Assembly: GCA_031409855.1 (NCBI GenBank)
Contig: JANNYA010000168.1
Location: 5,715 to 69,714 of the forward strand
Origin: Rhodanobacteraceae bacterium
Lineage (GTDB): Bacteria; Pseudomonadota; Gammaproteobacteria; Xanthomonadales; SZUA-5
Direction: 5' to 3'
DNA length: 64,000 bases
Below are positions 37,590 to 46,018 of this stretch, piece after piece. The stretch's first letter is position 1. Every line of letters begins with the position of its first letter. The translations under genes and the position numbers were made by a program. The notes below the pieces were generated by a model, which was not told where the DNA came from, searched no databases, and saw only the letters and a list, made by a program, of their open reading frames with translations.

Positions 37590-38370
37590 CGTTTTTATCA
37601 GCGATGTGCATTTGGGTGCGCCGCATGCGCACGCTGAGGAATTGGCAGAATTCTTGCAATCTTTGGAATGCGAACGTGTTTATTTGGTTGGTGACATCGT
37701 TGATTTGTGGTGGGTTGCACGCCGCCGAGCATGTTGGCGCGCGGCTGAAACTAAAGTGATGGACCTGCTGCGACTGATGCCGCGTAAAGGCATTGAAGTC
37801 ATCTATGTGCCCGGCAATCATGACGCCGCGCTGCGCGCGCTGGTTGGGCAGCAGCTGGCGGGCATCAAGGTGCAAAGCCGCGCCGAGCACATTTTAGCGA
37901 ACGGTAGGCGCATGTTAGTCACGCACGGTGATCAGTTTGATCGGTTGGTGCGTTTTAGCGGTGCGCAGAAGGCCTTGGGCGGCTTTCTTTATGATGGCCT
38001 GTTGGATCTGGATGCGGCGATGAATGGATTGCGCAAACGCCTAGGCGTGCAGCGGTTTTCGCTGGCAAATTGGATCAAATCACGCAGTGGCCGCACCCAG
38101 ATTTACATCCAGCGCTATGAAGCGGCGGTGCTTAATTACGCACAACGCAAAGGCTTTGACGGCGCTATTTGTGGGCACATCCATCAACCTAAATTGCGCT
38201 TAGAGAACGGCCTTATTTATGCCAACTGCGGCGACTGGGTCGAAAATCTAACCGCGGTCGTGGAAGATGCCCAAGGCGCCTTGATGCAGATACGTTGGCA
38301 CGGGCAGCCGGTGGTGGAATCAGCGCAGTGCGCGCTAATTCGGTCTCAAGCTGTTCTAATCGGGAACTAA
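37555..38370 (+). CDS. LpxH-family metallophosphoesterase (UDP-2,3-diacylglucosamine diphosphatase-like)
   Basis: VFISDVHLG...YLVGDIVDLWW...VPGNHD...THGDQFD...GHIH are calcineurin-like phosphoesterase motifs in the LpxH arrangement. The start at 37555 overlaps the upstream gene by 35 nt. Confidence 0.75.
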   Translation: MQMLQARYPVRSVFISDVHLGAPHAHAEELAEFLQSLECERVYLVGDIVDLWWVARRRACWRAAETKVMDLLRLMPRKGIEVIYVPGNHDAALRALVGQQLAGIKVQSRAEHILANGRRMLVTHGDQFDRLVRFSGAQKALGGFLYDGLLDLDAAMNGLRKRLGVQRFSLANWIKSRSGRTQIYIQRYEAAVLNYAQRKGFDGAICGHIHQPKLRLENGLIYANCGDWVENLTAVVEDAQGALMQIRWHGQPVVESAQCALIRSQAVLIGN

Positions 38371-38389
38371 TTTCTGAGCTGAGCCCTGC

Positions 38390-38944
38390 ATGTCCCTGAA
38401 AGCCACGGTTTATAAGCTTGAGCTGCAAATATCTGATATGGATCGGCACTATTATCAGACGCACAAACTTACGCTTGCGCAACACCCGTCAGAAACCGAG
38501 CAACGCATGATGGTGCGCGCGCTGGCGTTTGCGCTGCACGCCGATGAGGCTTTAAGTTTTGCACGCGGTTTAAGCAGCGAGGATGAGCCCGATTTGTGGC
38601 GGCGCGATTTAACCGGGGAAATCGAGCTGTGGATTGATGTTGGGCAGCCGGATGAAACGCGCATTCGCCGGGCCTGTGGCCGGGCGCGTAAGGTGGTTAT
38701 TTATACTTACAGCGGCCATGGTGCCCAGATTTGGTGGGACAAAAATGGTGTTTCTTTAGCGCGCAATAAAAATCTGGAAGTGATCAATTTACCGGGGCCT
38801 GCATGCCAACTTTTAGCAGCTATGGCGGGGCGCTCGATGAGTCTACAGTGCCTAATCCAGGAAGGCCAAGTCCAGTTAATCGATGCGACAAGCACGGTCG
38901 AGATCGAACCGATTACTTGGTTAAGTCTGCCCGCGCGAAGGTAA
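38390..38944 (+). CDS. yaeQ: YaeQ family protein
   Basis: MSLKATVYKLELQISDMDRHYYQTHKLTLAQHPSETEQRMMVRALAFAL is a close match to the YaeQ N-terminus as I remember it. Confidence 0.8.
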   Translation: MSLKATVYKLELQISDMDRHYYQTHKLTLAQHPSETEQRMMVRALAFALHADEALSFARGLSSEDEPDLWRRDLTGEIELWIDVGQPDETRIRRACGRARKVVIYTYSGHGAQIWWDKNGVSLARNKNLEVINLPGPACQLLAAMAGRSMSLQCLIQEGQVQLIDATSTVEIEPITWLSLPARR

Positions 38945-38956
38945 GTTGCGCGAGGG

Positions 38957-39574
38957 CTAGCTTTCGTCTAGTAAACGAGTGATCAGCGCATTGTGGCGGC
39001 TTTGTTGCACGCTCGCCGATAGCCGACACGCCGCGACGATCGTTTTAAGTTCATGCAGGGCGATATCAAAGGCGTCATTAATCACAATAAACTCGAATTC
39101 GCCGCAGTGCTGCATTTCTTCGACGGCATTGCGCATACGTTTGGCGATGACTTCTGCAGAGTCTTGGCCGCGATTTTCCAGTCGAAATTTCAGCGTATCG
39201 CGTGACGGCGGCAGGATAAATATTTCGCGCGCGTCGGGAAAACTTGTGCGCACTTGGCGCGCACCTTGCCAGTCGATTTCCAAGATCACATCATGATCCG
39301 CAGCAAGCTCAGTTTCCACCATCGCGCGTGCGGTTCCGTAGTAATTGCCGTGCACCAACGCCCACTCTAAAAATGCGCTCGCCACAATCTTGGCCTTAAA
39401 CGCATCCGTTGCAATGAAATTATAGTCGACGCCGTTAACTTCACCGGGCCGTGGGCTGCGGGTGGTGAAGCTGATTGAAAGCCTGAGCTTCGAATCGCTG
39501 CGCATTAGCTCGCGCACCAGGGAGGTCTTACCGGCCCCGGACGGTGCTGCAATAATGAAAAGAGTGCCGCTCAT
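38957..39574 (-). CDS. gmk: guanylate kinase
   Basis: MSGTLFIIAAPSGAGKTSLVREL (P-loop), SISFTTRSPRPGEVNGVDYNF. Start chosen at 39574. Confidence 0.92.
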   Translation of the reverse strand: MSGTLFIIAAPSGAGKTSLVRELMRSDSKLRLSISFTTRSPRPGEVNGVDYNFIATDAFKAKIVASAFLEWALVHGNYYGTARAMVETELAADHDVILEIDWQGARQVRTSFPDAREIFILPPSRDTLKFRLENRGQDSAEVIAKRMRNAVEEMQHCGEFEFIVINDAFDIALHELKTIVAACRLSASVQQSRHNALITRLLDES

Positions 39575-39645
39575 AGGTTTGTTGCTCGTGGGATCGTTGC
39601 GCACCGCTAATTTGACCAAATAATAATGCAGGCTCAATGCTCAAA

Positions 39646-40509
39646 CTATTCGAGATTTTGCACCTGTTCGCGCACTTGTTCGACCAATACTTTCATATCG
39701 ATACCCAATTGGCTGGTGCGTGCGTCGACCGATTTCGCGCCAAAGGTGTTGCATTCGCGATGCAGCTCTTGAATCAAAAAATCCATACGCCGACCAATAG
39801 GCTCATTGAGGTTCAGTACGCGCTCAGCCTCGATCAAATGGATGCGCAATCGTTCTAATTCCTCATCGACATCGAGCTTATGCAGGCTCAAGACCAGTTC
39901 CGCTTCTAAACGACTTGGATCTAGGGTGTCTTTAAATTCCGCCAAGCGTAGTGTCAGCTTTTCATGCAGTGCGATTTTGATTTGTGGCAACAGCACCAGA
40001 GCCTGCTCGCGTAATTGCCCCAGCTGCAAAAGCTTGTCGCGCAGCGTTTCCGCCAGCTTGTTGCCTTCACGTGCGCGCGCAGCATCGAACTCGCTTAAGC
40101 AATCGCGAAAGGCACCGATCGCCGCCTTTTTCAAACCTTCGCTGTCGCATTCGCTGCCTTGCACTGCACCCGGCCAGGCCAGCACGTCGCTGGTGGACAG
40201 TGGTTTTAGCTCAGGATGGCGATTGTGCAGCGCATCGGCCAAGGCCAACAAACCCTCCACCAGTGGCTGATTGAGCGCGAGGGCATCTTGTTGCACCGGG
40301 GCTTTGTATCGCAAAGTCAGATCCACCTTGCCGCGTTGAATCAGTTTTTGCGCCATTTCGCGCAAGTGCGGCTCAAGCGCGCGCAATTCATCTGGCAGCT
40401 TCAAACCCAATTCCAGAAATCGATGATTGACCGAGCGCAGCTCAAAACGTAACTGGCCGAGCATGCCGTTTGATTCAGCGTTGGCGAAAGCGGTCATGCT
40501 GCGGGCCAT
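39646..40509 (-). CDS. yicC: YicC family stress-induced protein
   Basis: MARSMTAFA...ELRSVNHRFLE... and C-terminal REVNTL-like RECNTFGAKS...VEQVREQVQNLE. Start chosen at 40509. Confidence 0.88.
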   Translation of the reverse strand: MARSMTAFANAESNGMLGQLRFELRSVNHRFLELGLKLPDELRALEPHLREMAQKLIQRGKVDLTLRYKAPVQQDALALNQPLVEGLLALADALHNRHPELKPLSTSDVLAWPGAVQGSECDSEGLKKAAIGAFRDCLSEFDAARAREGNKLAETLRDKLLQLGQLREQALVLLPQIKIALHEKLTLRLAEFKDTLDPSRLEAELVLSLHKLDVDEELERLRIHLIEAERVLNLNEPIGRRMDFLIQELHRECNTFGAKSVDARTSQLGIDMKVLVEQVREQVQNLE

Positions 40510-40593
40510 AAGTGCCTTGGGCGTTAAGGTGGGGGCGCGCATGGTAGCGCCAAACGCGGCTAAACTGGCGGCACACCCGAGATGAGATGTTTT

Positions 40594-41172
40594 ATGAACT
40601 TGATAGACCCAAAGCAACAGGCTTTCGCGTTTGTTTTTTTGCTCAGCCTAAACACCGCCAGTTTTGCTTCTGATGTCATATATAAGTGCAGTTCGCCAAG
40701 CGGTGCAGTGACGTTTTCAGCGAAGCCTTGTGTTGGCAGTACGCAGGTAAAAAAAATTGAACCACGCATCGTCGTGGTGGGCGCGGAGCCCGTATTGCCA
40801 GGCAATATTCCCGGCCGTCTCGGTCAAATTAGCCCTGAGCCACCCGTCGACACCACACCACGCCGCACGCCAATGCCGCAAGTTACAGAAAGCTGTCGTT
40901 CCGAGCTGTTCAACTTAAAGCGAAGTTTAGATACGCGCTTTATAGAAGCGGAGCAAAATCTAAAAAATTCGCGTACTGCGCTGGCGCAAAATACCCGTGA
41001 ATTGGAATCGGCACAAACCAGTAAGGTGGGCTTGGAATGGGGGCTGATGCTGGCCGAACAACGGCGCGCAATTGAGCAACGATTAAAAGACGCCGAAGCG
41101 GCGGTGACGCTTTTTTACCCCGATGAAAAAGCGCGGTTCGAAGAAATTGGTGCGCGCTGCCGCAAAAAGTAA
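40594..41172 (+). CDS. secreted DUF4124-domain protein with coiled-coil C-terminus
   Basis: Signal peptide followed by VIYKCSSPSGAVTFSAKPC (the DUF4124 YxCxxxxGxxxFSxxPC pattern). Confidence 0.65.
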   Translation: MNLIDPKQQAFAFVFLLSLNTASFASDVIYKCSSPSGAVTFSAKPCVGSTQVKKIEPRIVVVGAEPVLPGNIPGRLGQISPEPPVDTTPRRTPMPQVTESCRSELFNLKRSLDTRFIEAEQNLKNSRTALAQNTRELESAQTSKVGLEWGLMLAEQRRAIEQRLKDAEAAVTLFYPDEKARFEEIGARCRKK

Positions 41173-41274
41173 CGGCTAAAACACCCGCGTCAGAAACTGA
41201 CGCATCGCGCTTGCTTGTGACCATACTCATGCGTATGCTACACGCACCAACAAATGCCTGGGAGGGCTGGAACG

Positions 41275-43197
41275 ATGAAAACACGTTTGATTTGTGCTGC
41301 GGTAGTTTTGGTGATGGCGACAGGCGCACAGGCGCAGGAAGTTATGATTGCGAAGCAACTTGCTGGCGCGCCGGAAGAATTTGCGGCAATGCAACCGGCA
41401 GATCCCGTAGCCAGTGCGATTCGTTCGAAGAGTGCGCTGATACCGGTTGCTACGGCGCTTGGCGCTGACGGTCAATACCACTGGCAGGCAAATCTAGCCG
41501 TCGACTCAACGCGCGCGCGCGTACTTTTATTGAAACCTACTGATAACCATTGGCAGATGAGCTTGGGTTCTGCCAGTCGCGGTAGTGAAGCAATGACGCG
41601 CGCTGAGACGATCGCTGCGGTGCACACCCAAACCACCTTCGGCATGCAGTCAGTGCAGGTGCCGAGCGAACTGTTCGCTTTTGAAAGCTTGAGCAAGGGT
41701 AAAGTCGCTTTTGCTATCACCTCAAACGACGGTCAGCCATCGAATGGCTTTTTGCTGCTTGAAGGCGATTCCAACACGCTGTTAATTTCCTATCAAACAG
41801 CGTCGAATCAGCGCATAAACCAGCCGATTTCAATCACAGCGGCGCTGCAAAATTTTGGCAAGAACGTCAATTCCACGAAAGTTGTTTCAGCGACACTAAA
41901 CGTTACCGCGCCTTCCGGCCTGCAAAGCCAAGCTAGATTTTTTGATGATGGCAAGCACAGCGATGGTGTCGCCAACGATGGCCTGTTTGGTGCGACTTTT
42001 GTGCCGAATGAAATTGGTAACTACAATGCACAGGTACGAGCAGAAGGCAGTGCAGGTGCCGTCGAAGTGCTGCGTACCGCTGAACATTTAATTCCAGTGA
42101 TCAGCGACGAACTCAATTTTACGCGTGGTGCAGTGCAATTGGTGTCCGCTAAAACCCCCGGTCGACTCTCGATTTCAGTGCCGGTGACAAGCAATAAAGC
42201 AGGGCAACACTATCGCGCGTACACGCAACTTTGGGGCCGTGATAGCAGCGGGCTAGAAGTAGCAGTTGCTTGGTTGGGCGGCATGGTTACGCCAGCAAAC
42301 GGCGTAGTTGAGCTTGAATTCGATTCGCGATGGATCGCGCTCGCTGGTGCAAGTGCGCCGTTTTCATTGCGCGCAGTGCGTTTTGAAGACCCTGACAATT
42401 TCATTACGGTCGCGCAGGTTGATGAGCTTGCAGTTAGTGATCGCATCGCACCAATTGCTAGCAATAAATCGGTGCAAATTGATGAAGCGATGACGATGGG
42501 TTTACGGCCCGCGCCAGCGGCAGTTCAAGCAAAAGGCGTCGGCACTCGCTTATTGTTAGTGCACGGCTACTGTTCGGGCAACGTCTGGACGGTACCGAAT
42601 TTCACCAATGCGTCAATTTTTCTTGATTTGAATCAAAATCGCAGCAATGACGCCTTTGCGCAACGCATTAACACCTTTGGCAATACCTGGAACTCCTACG
42701 GCATTGTTGCACACAGCCAAGGCGGCATGGCAAGCCTGCACTTATACAACTACTACTGGAGTGGTTTGGATCGCGCCAGCGGAAGTCGTTTGATTCAATC
42801 CGTCGGCACGCCTTATAAAGGCACGAATTTGGCTGGCGTGTTGGCAGCCCTTGGCGGAATTTTCGGCGTTGGCTGTGGCAGCAATACCGACCTTACTTAC
42901 AACGGCGCGGCCAATTGGCTCGCGGGCATTTCGACTGCCAGCCGTGGCAAAGTCAACTACTACACAACCAGCTTCAAATCAACCAACTGGTGGACCAACG
43001 ACTACTGCAATTTCGCCAGCGATTTGGTCTTGGGTGATCCAGAAGATGGCACGACAGAACAAGCGAACGGTCAGTTGAGTGGCGGCGTCAATCGTGGGCA
43101 CGTGACCGGACAATGCCACACCGATGGCATGCGTGACCCTGCGCAGGTTCGCGATGCCTCGCGCAACACCACCATGAACTCGAACGCCGCACGCTAG
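41275..43197 (+). CDS. secreted protein with C-terminal alpha/beta-hydrolase (lipase-like) domain
   Basis: Signal peptide MKTRLICAAVVLVMATGAQA. Beta-rich N-terminal half containing FFDDGKHSDGVANDGLFG. C-terminal LLLVHGYCS...GIVAHSQGGMA is a nucleophile elbow (GxSxG variant AHSQG). Confidence 0.65.
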   Translation: MKTRLICAAVVLVMATGAQAQEVMIAKQLAGAPEEFAAMQPADPVASAIRSKSALIPVATALGADGQYHWQANLAVDSTRARVLLLKPTDNHWQMSLGSASRGSEAMTRAETIAAVHTQTTFGMQSVQVPSELFAFESLSKGKVAFAITSNDGQPSNGFLLLEGDSNTLLISYQTASNQRINQPISITAALQNFGKNVNSTKVVSATLNVTAPSGLQSQARFFDDGKHSDGVANDGLFGATFVPNEIGNYNAQVRAEGSAGAVEVLRTAEHLIPVISDELNFTRGAVQLVSAKTPGRLSISVPVTSNKAGQHYRAYTQLWGRDSSGLEVAVAWLGGMVTPANGVVELEFDSRWIALAGASAPFSLRAVRFEDPDNFITVAQVDELAVSDRIAPIASNKSVQIDEAMTMGLRPAPAAVQAKGVGTRLLLVHGYCSGNVWTVPNFTNASIFLDLNQNRSNDAFAQRINTFGNTWNSYGIVAHSQGGMASLHLYNYYWSGLDRASGSRLIQSVGTPYKGTNLAGVLAALGGIFGVGCGSNTDLTYNGAANWLAGISTASRGKVNYYTTSFKSTNWWTNDYCNFASDLVLGDPEDGTTEQANGQLSGGVNRGHVTGQCHTDGMRDPAQVRDASRNTTMNSNAAR

Positions 43198-43231
43198 TCG
43201 TTAACTTAGAAATTCCTTAGCTAAAATTAAG

Positions 43232-43265
43232 AGGCGAGCGCTCAACGGCGTTCGCCTTTTTTTAT
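43232..43265 (+). terminator. rho-independent terminator
   Basis: 11-bp stem AGGCGAGCGCT / GGCGTTCGCCT (with G-U pairs), CAAC loop, then TTTTTTTA. Confidence 0.75.
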
Positions 43266-43276
43266 TGCGACTCATC

Positions 43277-43316
43277 ATCACTGGGTAGCTCAAATAATCA
43301 CTGGGTAGCTCAAATA
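43277..43316 (+). repeat. perfect 20-bp tandem duplication (ATCACTGGGTAGCTCAAATA x2)
   Basis: Read directly. Lies in the intergenic space between convergent genes. Confidence 0.9.
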
Positions 43317-43358
43317 AATCGCTAAAAAGCGCGTTCAGCGCAAATCTTGTTGAGAGCG

Positions 43359-44159
43359 CTAATTGCTCAGCGGCTGCTGTGGCCAAACCGATTCAATTAA
43401 CTCCCGCAGTGCATACGCGCGTGGCGTAAGTTCGCCTACGGGGCGATTGGGAAAGCGTTGATCGACTAGGTAGCGTGAGTCAGCCGCGAGCAAGAGCGCA
43501 GTGCGCGACAACTCGTTCGCGCAACGGTCTGCCATTGGCCCTTTGCAACGCTCCGTGAAACGCTGCACCAGCTGCCGATCTGCGCCCTGGCAGTCATTGC
43601 TATCTGGCCACTTTTGCAGCGTACGCAGCAAATCGGCCGGTTGAGTCTGGCGCGCTAGCGCTGCTGGTACAAACTCTGGGCACGCATTCACTGCACGTGC
43701 TGCGTCAAGTGCTGCGGCAATTTCGGTTTCTGCAAGCGCAACCGTACCGCTCAAATCCGCGAGCTTTTGGTGCAGTTGCCATGTCATGGCATCCTTTCGA
43801 TCTGGGTTTTGTAGCGCTTGCGCAATCGTCAGCGCTTTACTGAAACGCCTCTGGTCAGTGCTTGCAAGCAAATCATCAATCGCCTTTTGCGCTGCCTCGA
43901 CTGCACGCAGTGGTGCACTAATTTCGCGCTCCAAAAACTGTGACACATGGAAATACATTACCAACCCAACCAGGGTGACGCAACCCAACGCCGCCATGCT
44001 CAGCTTGGCAAGCCCGCGGTTGATGTTGGACGTCGCCACAACTAAGCACCACGCCACGCACGCGATCCCAAGCGCCAGCCAAACCATGGGGCTGAGTGAA
44101 AACACGGCAGCTAAAACAACGCAAAGTGCGATGGCAAGAACGAATGCGACAACTATCAT
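43359..44159 (-). CDS. hypothetical membrane protein (3 N-terminal TM helices, Cys-containing C-terminal domain)
   Basis: 266-aa ORF with plausible composition. No recognisable family. Confidence 0.55.
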   Translation of the reverse strand: MIVVAFVLAIALCVVLAAVFSLSPMVWLALGIACVAWCLVVATSNINRGLAKLSMAALGCVTLVGLVMYFHVSQFLEREISAPLRAVEAAQKAIDDLLASTDQRRFSKALTIAQALQNPDRKDAMTWQLHQKLADLSGTVALAETEIAAALDAARAVNACPEFVPAALARQTQPADLLRTLQKWPDSNDCQGADRQLVQRFTERCKGPMADRCANELSRTALLLAADSRYLVDQRFPNRPVGELTPRAYALRELIESVWPQQPLSN

Positions 44160-44304
44160 TCGCCGATCCTATCAAGCACTTCAACTGTTTGCCAAGGAAG
44201 ACAGATCCACAACTTGAATAAACTTTTGCCAAAAATACTAATTGCGGGCACGCGCCGACACTTTTGAGAGCTAAACTCGCGCAGATATTTAGGACAAACC
44301 TTAC

Positions 44305-45435
44305 ATGGCAAATCTATCGCCCGATCAAGAATTAATTGCGCGCCAGTCGCGCGAAGTGTTTCTGTCCGCACGTAAAGCATTCAGCGAAAACTGGAATCGC
44401 GACCAAGCGAAAGAGCTCTATGAACTCTCTGATTCCCTCAGTGAGCAAGCGCAAGACCACGTGTTAAATGACTTAGGCGAGAGCCTGCTCGGGTTTTCAG
44501 CTTATTTGAGCTCCTTCGTCGATGGCGCGATGACGCCAAAACCACATCAGCTGGGGCAGCTCGGCACCCTGATTGAAGGCGTGGGCGAAGCGCTGTTTCG
44601 TCTGCAGATGGACGTCACGGTCACTGACCTTACCCAACATGCAACGGTAATTGAGCCCGAAAAGCCGCAAGTATTTTATCTCGGTGCGCGCGTTGAGCGC
44701 GCAAAAGATTTGGAATATTCGCTCGCCAATGATGGCTTTGCCGTGCGCCATTCGCAAACAGCGGCACCGGTTATTGCCGAGATTGGCAATTCGCAGGTGC
44801 AGGCGCTGTTGATCGATATTGAACAGCTACAAAGCTGGCAAACGATTGTGGGCTCGCGTGGCGGCGGTAAGGACGCGATGTTGCCGCCTTTGATTGTGCT
44901 TTCTGACAATGACTCGCTTGAACTTCGGCTCAAAGCGATTCGTTCCGGTGCGGATCAATTTTTCCTCTACCCAGAAGACAAAGAAAAAATCGGTGCGCGC
45001 CTGCGCGAGTTGGTTGAAGACCGCCGAAAACCGTATCAAGTGCTGATTATTGACGATGATTTGTCGATGACGATGTTCGTTGATTCCGTCCTGCGCCATA
45101 ACGGCATGGTCACCTGCGTCCTGAATTCGCCGCACAATGCATTAAAGGTACTGGAAAGCTTTCACCCCGATGTGATTTTGGCTGACCTTTATATGCCTGA
45201 CATCACCGGGCTTGAGCTGTTGGCGCTGTACCGATCGCATCAACGCACGATTTTTACCCCGGTGATTTTGCTATCCGGTGATGACGATACTGAAAAGCGT
45301 TTTGACGCGCTGCATTTTGGTGGTGATGACTATTTGACCAAGCCAATCCGGCCCCGGCATCTAGTCGCAGCCGTTACCAATCGCGCGCGGCGTGCGCGTT
45401 GGCAACAGCGGGAATTGTTGGCGGCTCAGCATTAA
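44305..45435 (+). CDS. stand-alone tandem-receiver response regulator (helical N-domain, pseudo-receiver, receiver; no output domain)
   Basis: C-terminal receiver VLIIDDD...VILADLYMPDITG...LLSG...DDYLTKPIRPRHLVAAV is nearly identical in motif order to the receiver of the 27750 gene. Confidence 0.8.
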   Translation: MANLSPDQELIARQSREVFLSARKAFSENWNRDQAKELYELSDSLSEQAQDHVLNDLGESLLGFSAYLSSFVDGAMTPKPHQLGQLGTLIEGVGEALFRLQMDVTVTDLTQHATVIEPEKPQVFYLGARVERAKDLEYSLANDGFAVRHSQTAAPVIAEIGNSQVQALLIDIEQLQSWQTIVGSRGGGKDAMLPPLIVLSDNDSLELRLKAIRSGADQFFLYPEDKEKIGARLRELVEDRRKPYQVLIIDDDLSMTMFVDSVLRHNGMVTCVLNSPHNALKVLESFHPDVILADLYMPDITGLELLALYRSHQRTIFTPVILLSGDDDTEKRFDALHFGGDDYLTKPIRPRHLVAAVTNRARRARWQQRELLAAQH

Positions 45436-45456
45436 AACGCTGCAAATCAACTAGCC

Positions 45457-45485
45457 CGTCATTCCCGCGAAGGCGGGAATCCAGG
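45457..45485 (+). repeat. REP-like palindromic element (third copy)
   Basis: CGTCATTCCCGCGAAGGCGGGAATCCAGG, lying between the regulator stop and the desaturase fragment. Confidence 0.8.
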
Positions 45486-45513
45486 AATTCAACCCTATCT
45501 CTTAGGAAGCGGC

Positions 45514-45785
45514 GTGCGCAACGAAGTTTGGCGCGTTGATGGCAGCGGAGCGAACGCTTCTGACGGCAATGTTGTGTGGGCACCAACTAAGTCCATTTGG
45601 AACAACTTCATGCTCCTCACTGCGATCTTGCTCGGCCCGCAGTATTTTACATTAGGTGCGTTTTTCGTTTTTCTGGGCTTGAGTTATTTGACGCTCTTGC
45701 TCGGCCACGCGCTCGGGATGCATCGTTGTTTAATCCATAAGTCATTTTCGTGCCCGAAGCCGTTTGAAAGGCTTTTGGTGTGGCA
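45514..45785 (+). pseudogene. 5' fragment of a membrane fatty-acid (acyl-CoA/acyl-lipid type) desaturase gene
   Basis: Two TM helices then LLLGHALGMHRCLIHKSFSCP (first His box). Sense is lost after PFERLLVW, exactly where the DNA turns AT-rich. The matching 3' part lies at about 56690-57133. Confidence 0.7.
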
Positions 45786-46018
45786 AGGCAGCATGCATAA
45801 AAACTGTATGTTCATTTGGTAGTCACAAAAAGTGTTCATAAAATTAAACAGTTGCATCATAAATTTAAAAAGTTATCCATTTTCGTGCCGGTTAAGTGCG
45901 TCTTATAAAGAATTTGTCATAAAATTTGTGTAACCTGTAAATATATGCACGCGTTTAAATTTTGCACTTTGCAATGTGTGTGCGGTCACGCTTGCTAAAT
46001 TTTACAGGGGAGATATTT

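Noticed and set aside
45374-45586. 70-aa minus-strand ORF
   Set aside because: It spans the third REP element (SRLRGNDG) and overlaps the ends of two better-supported + strand genes.
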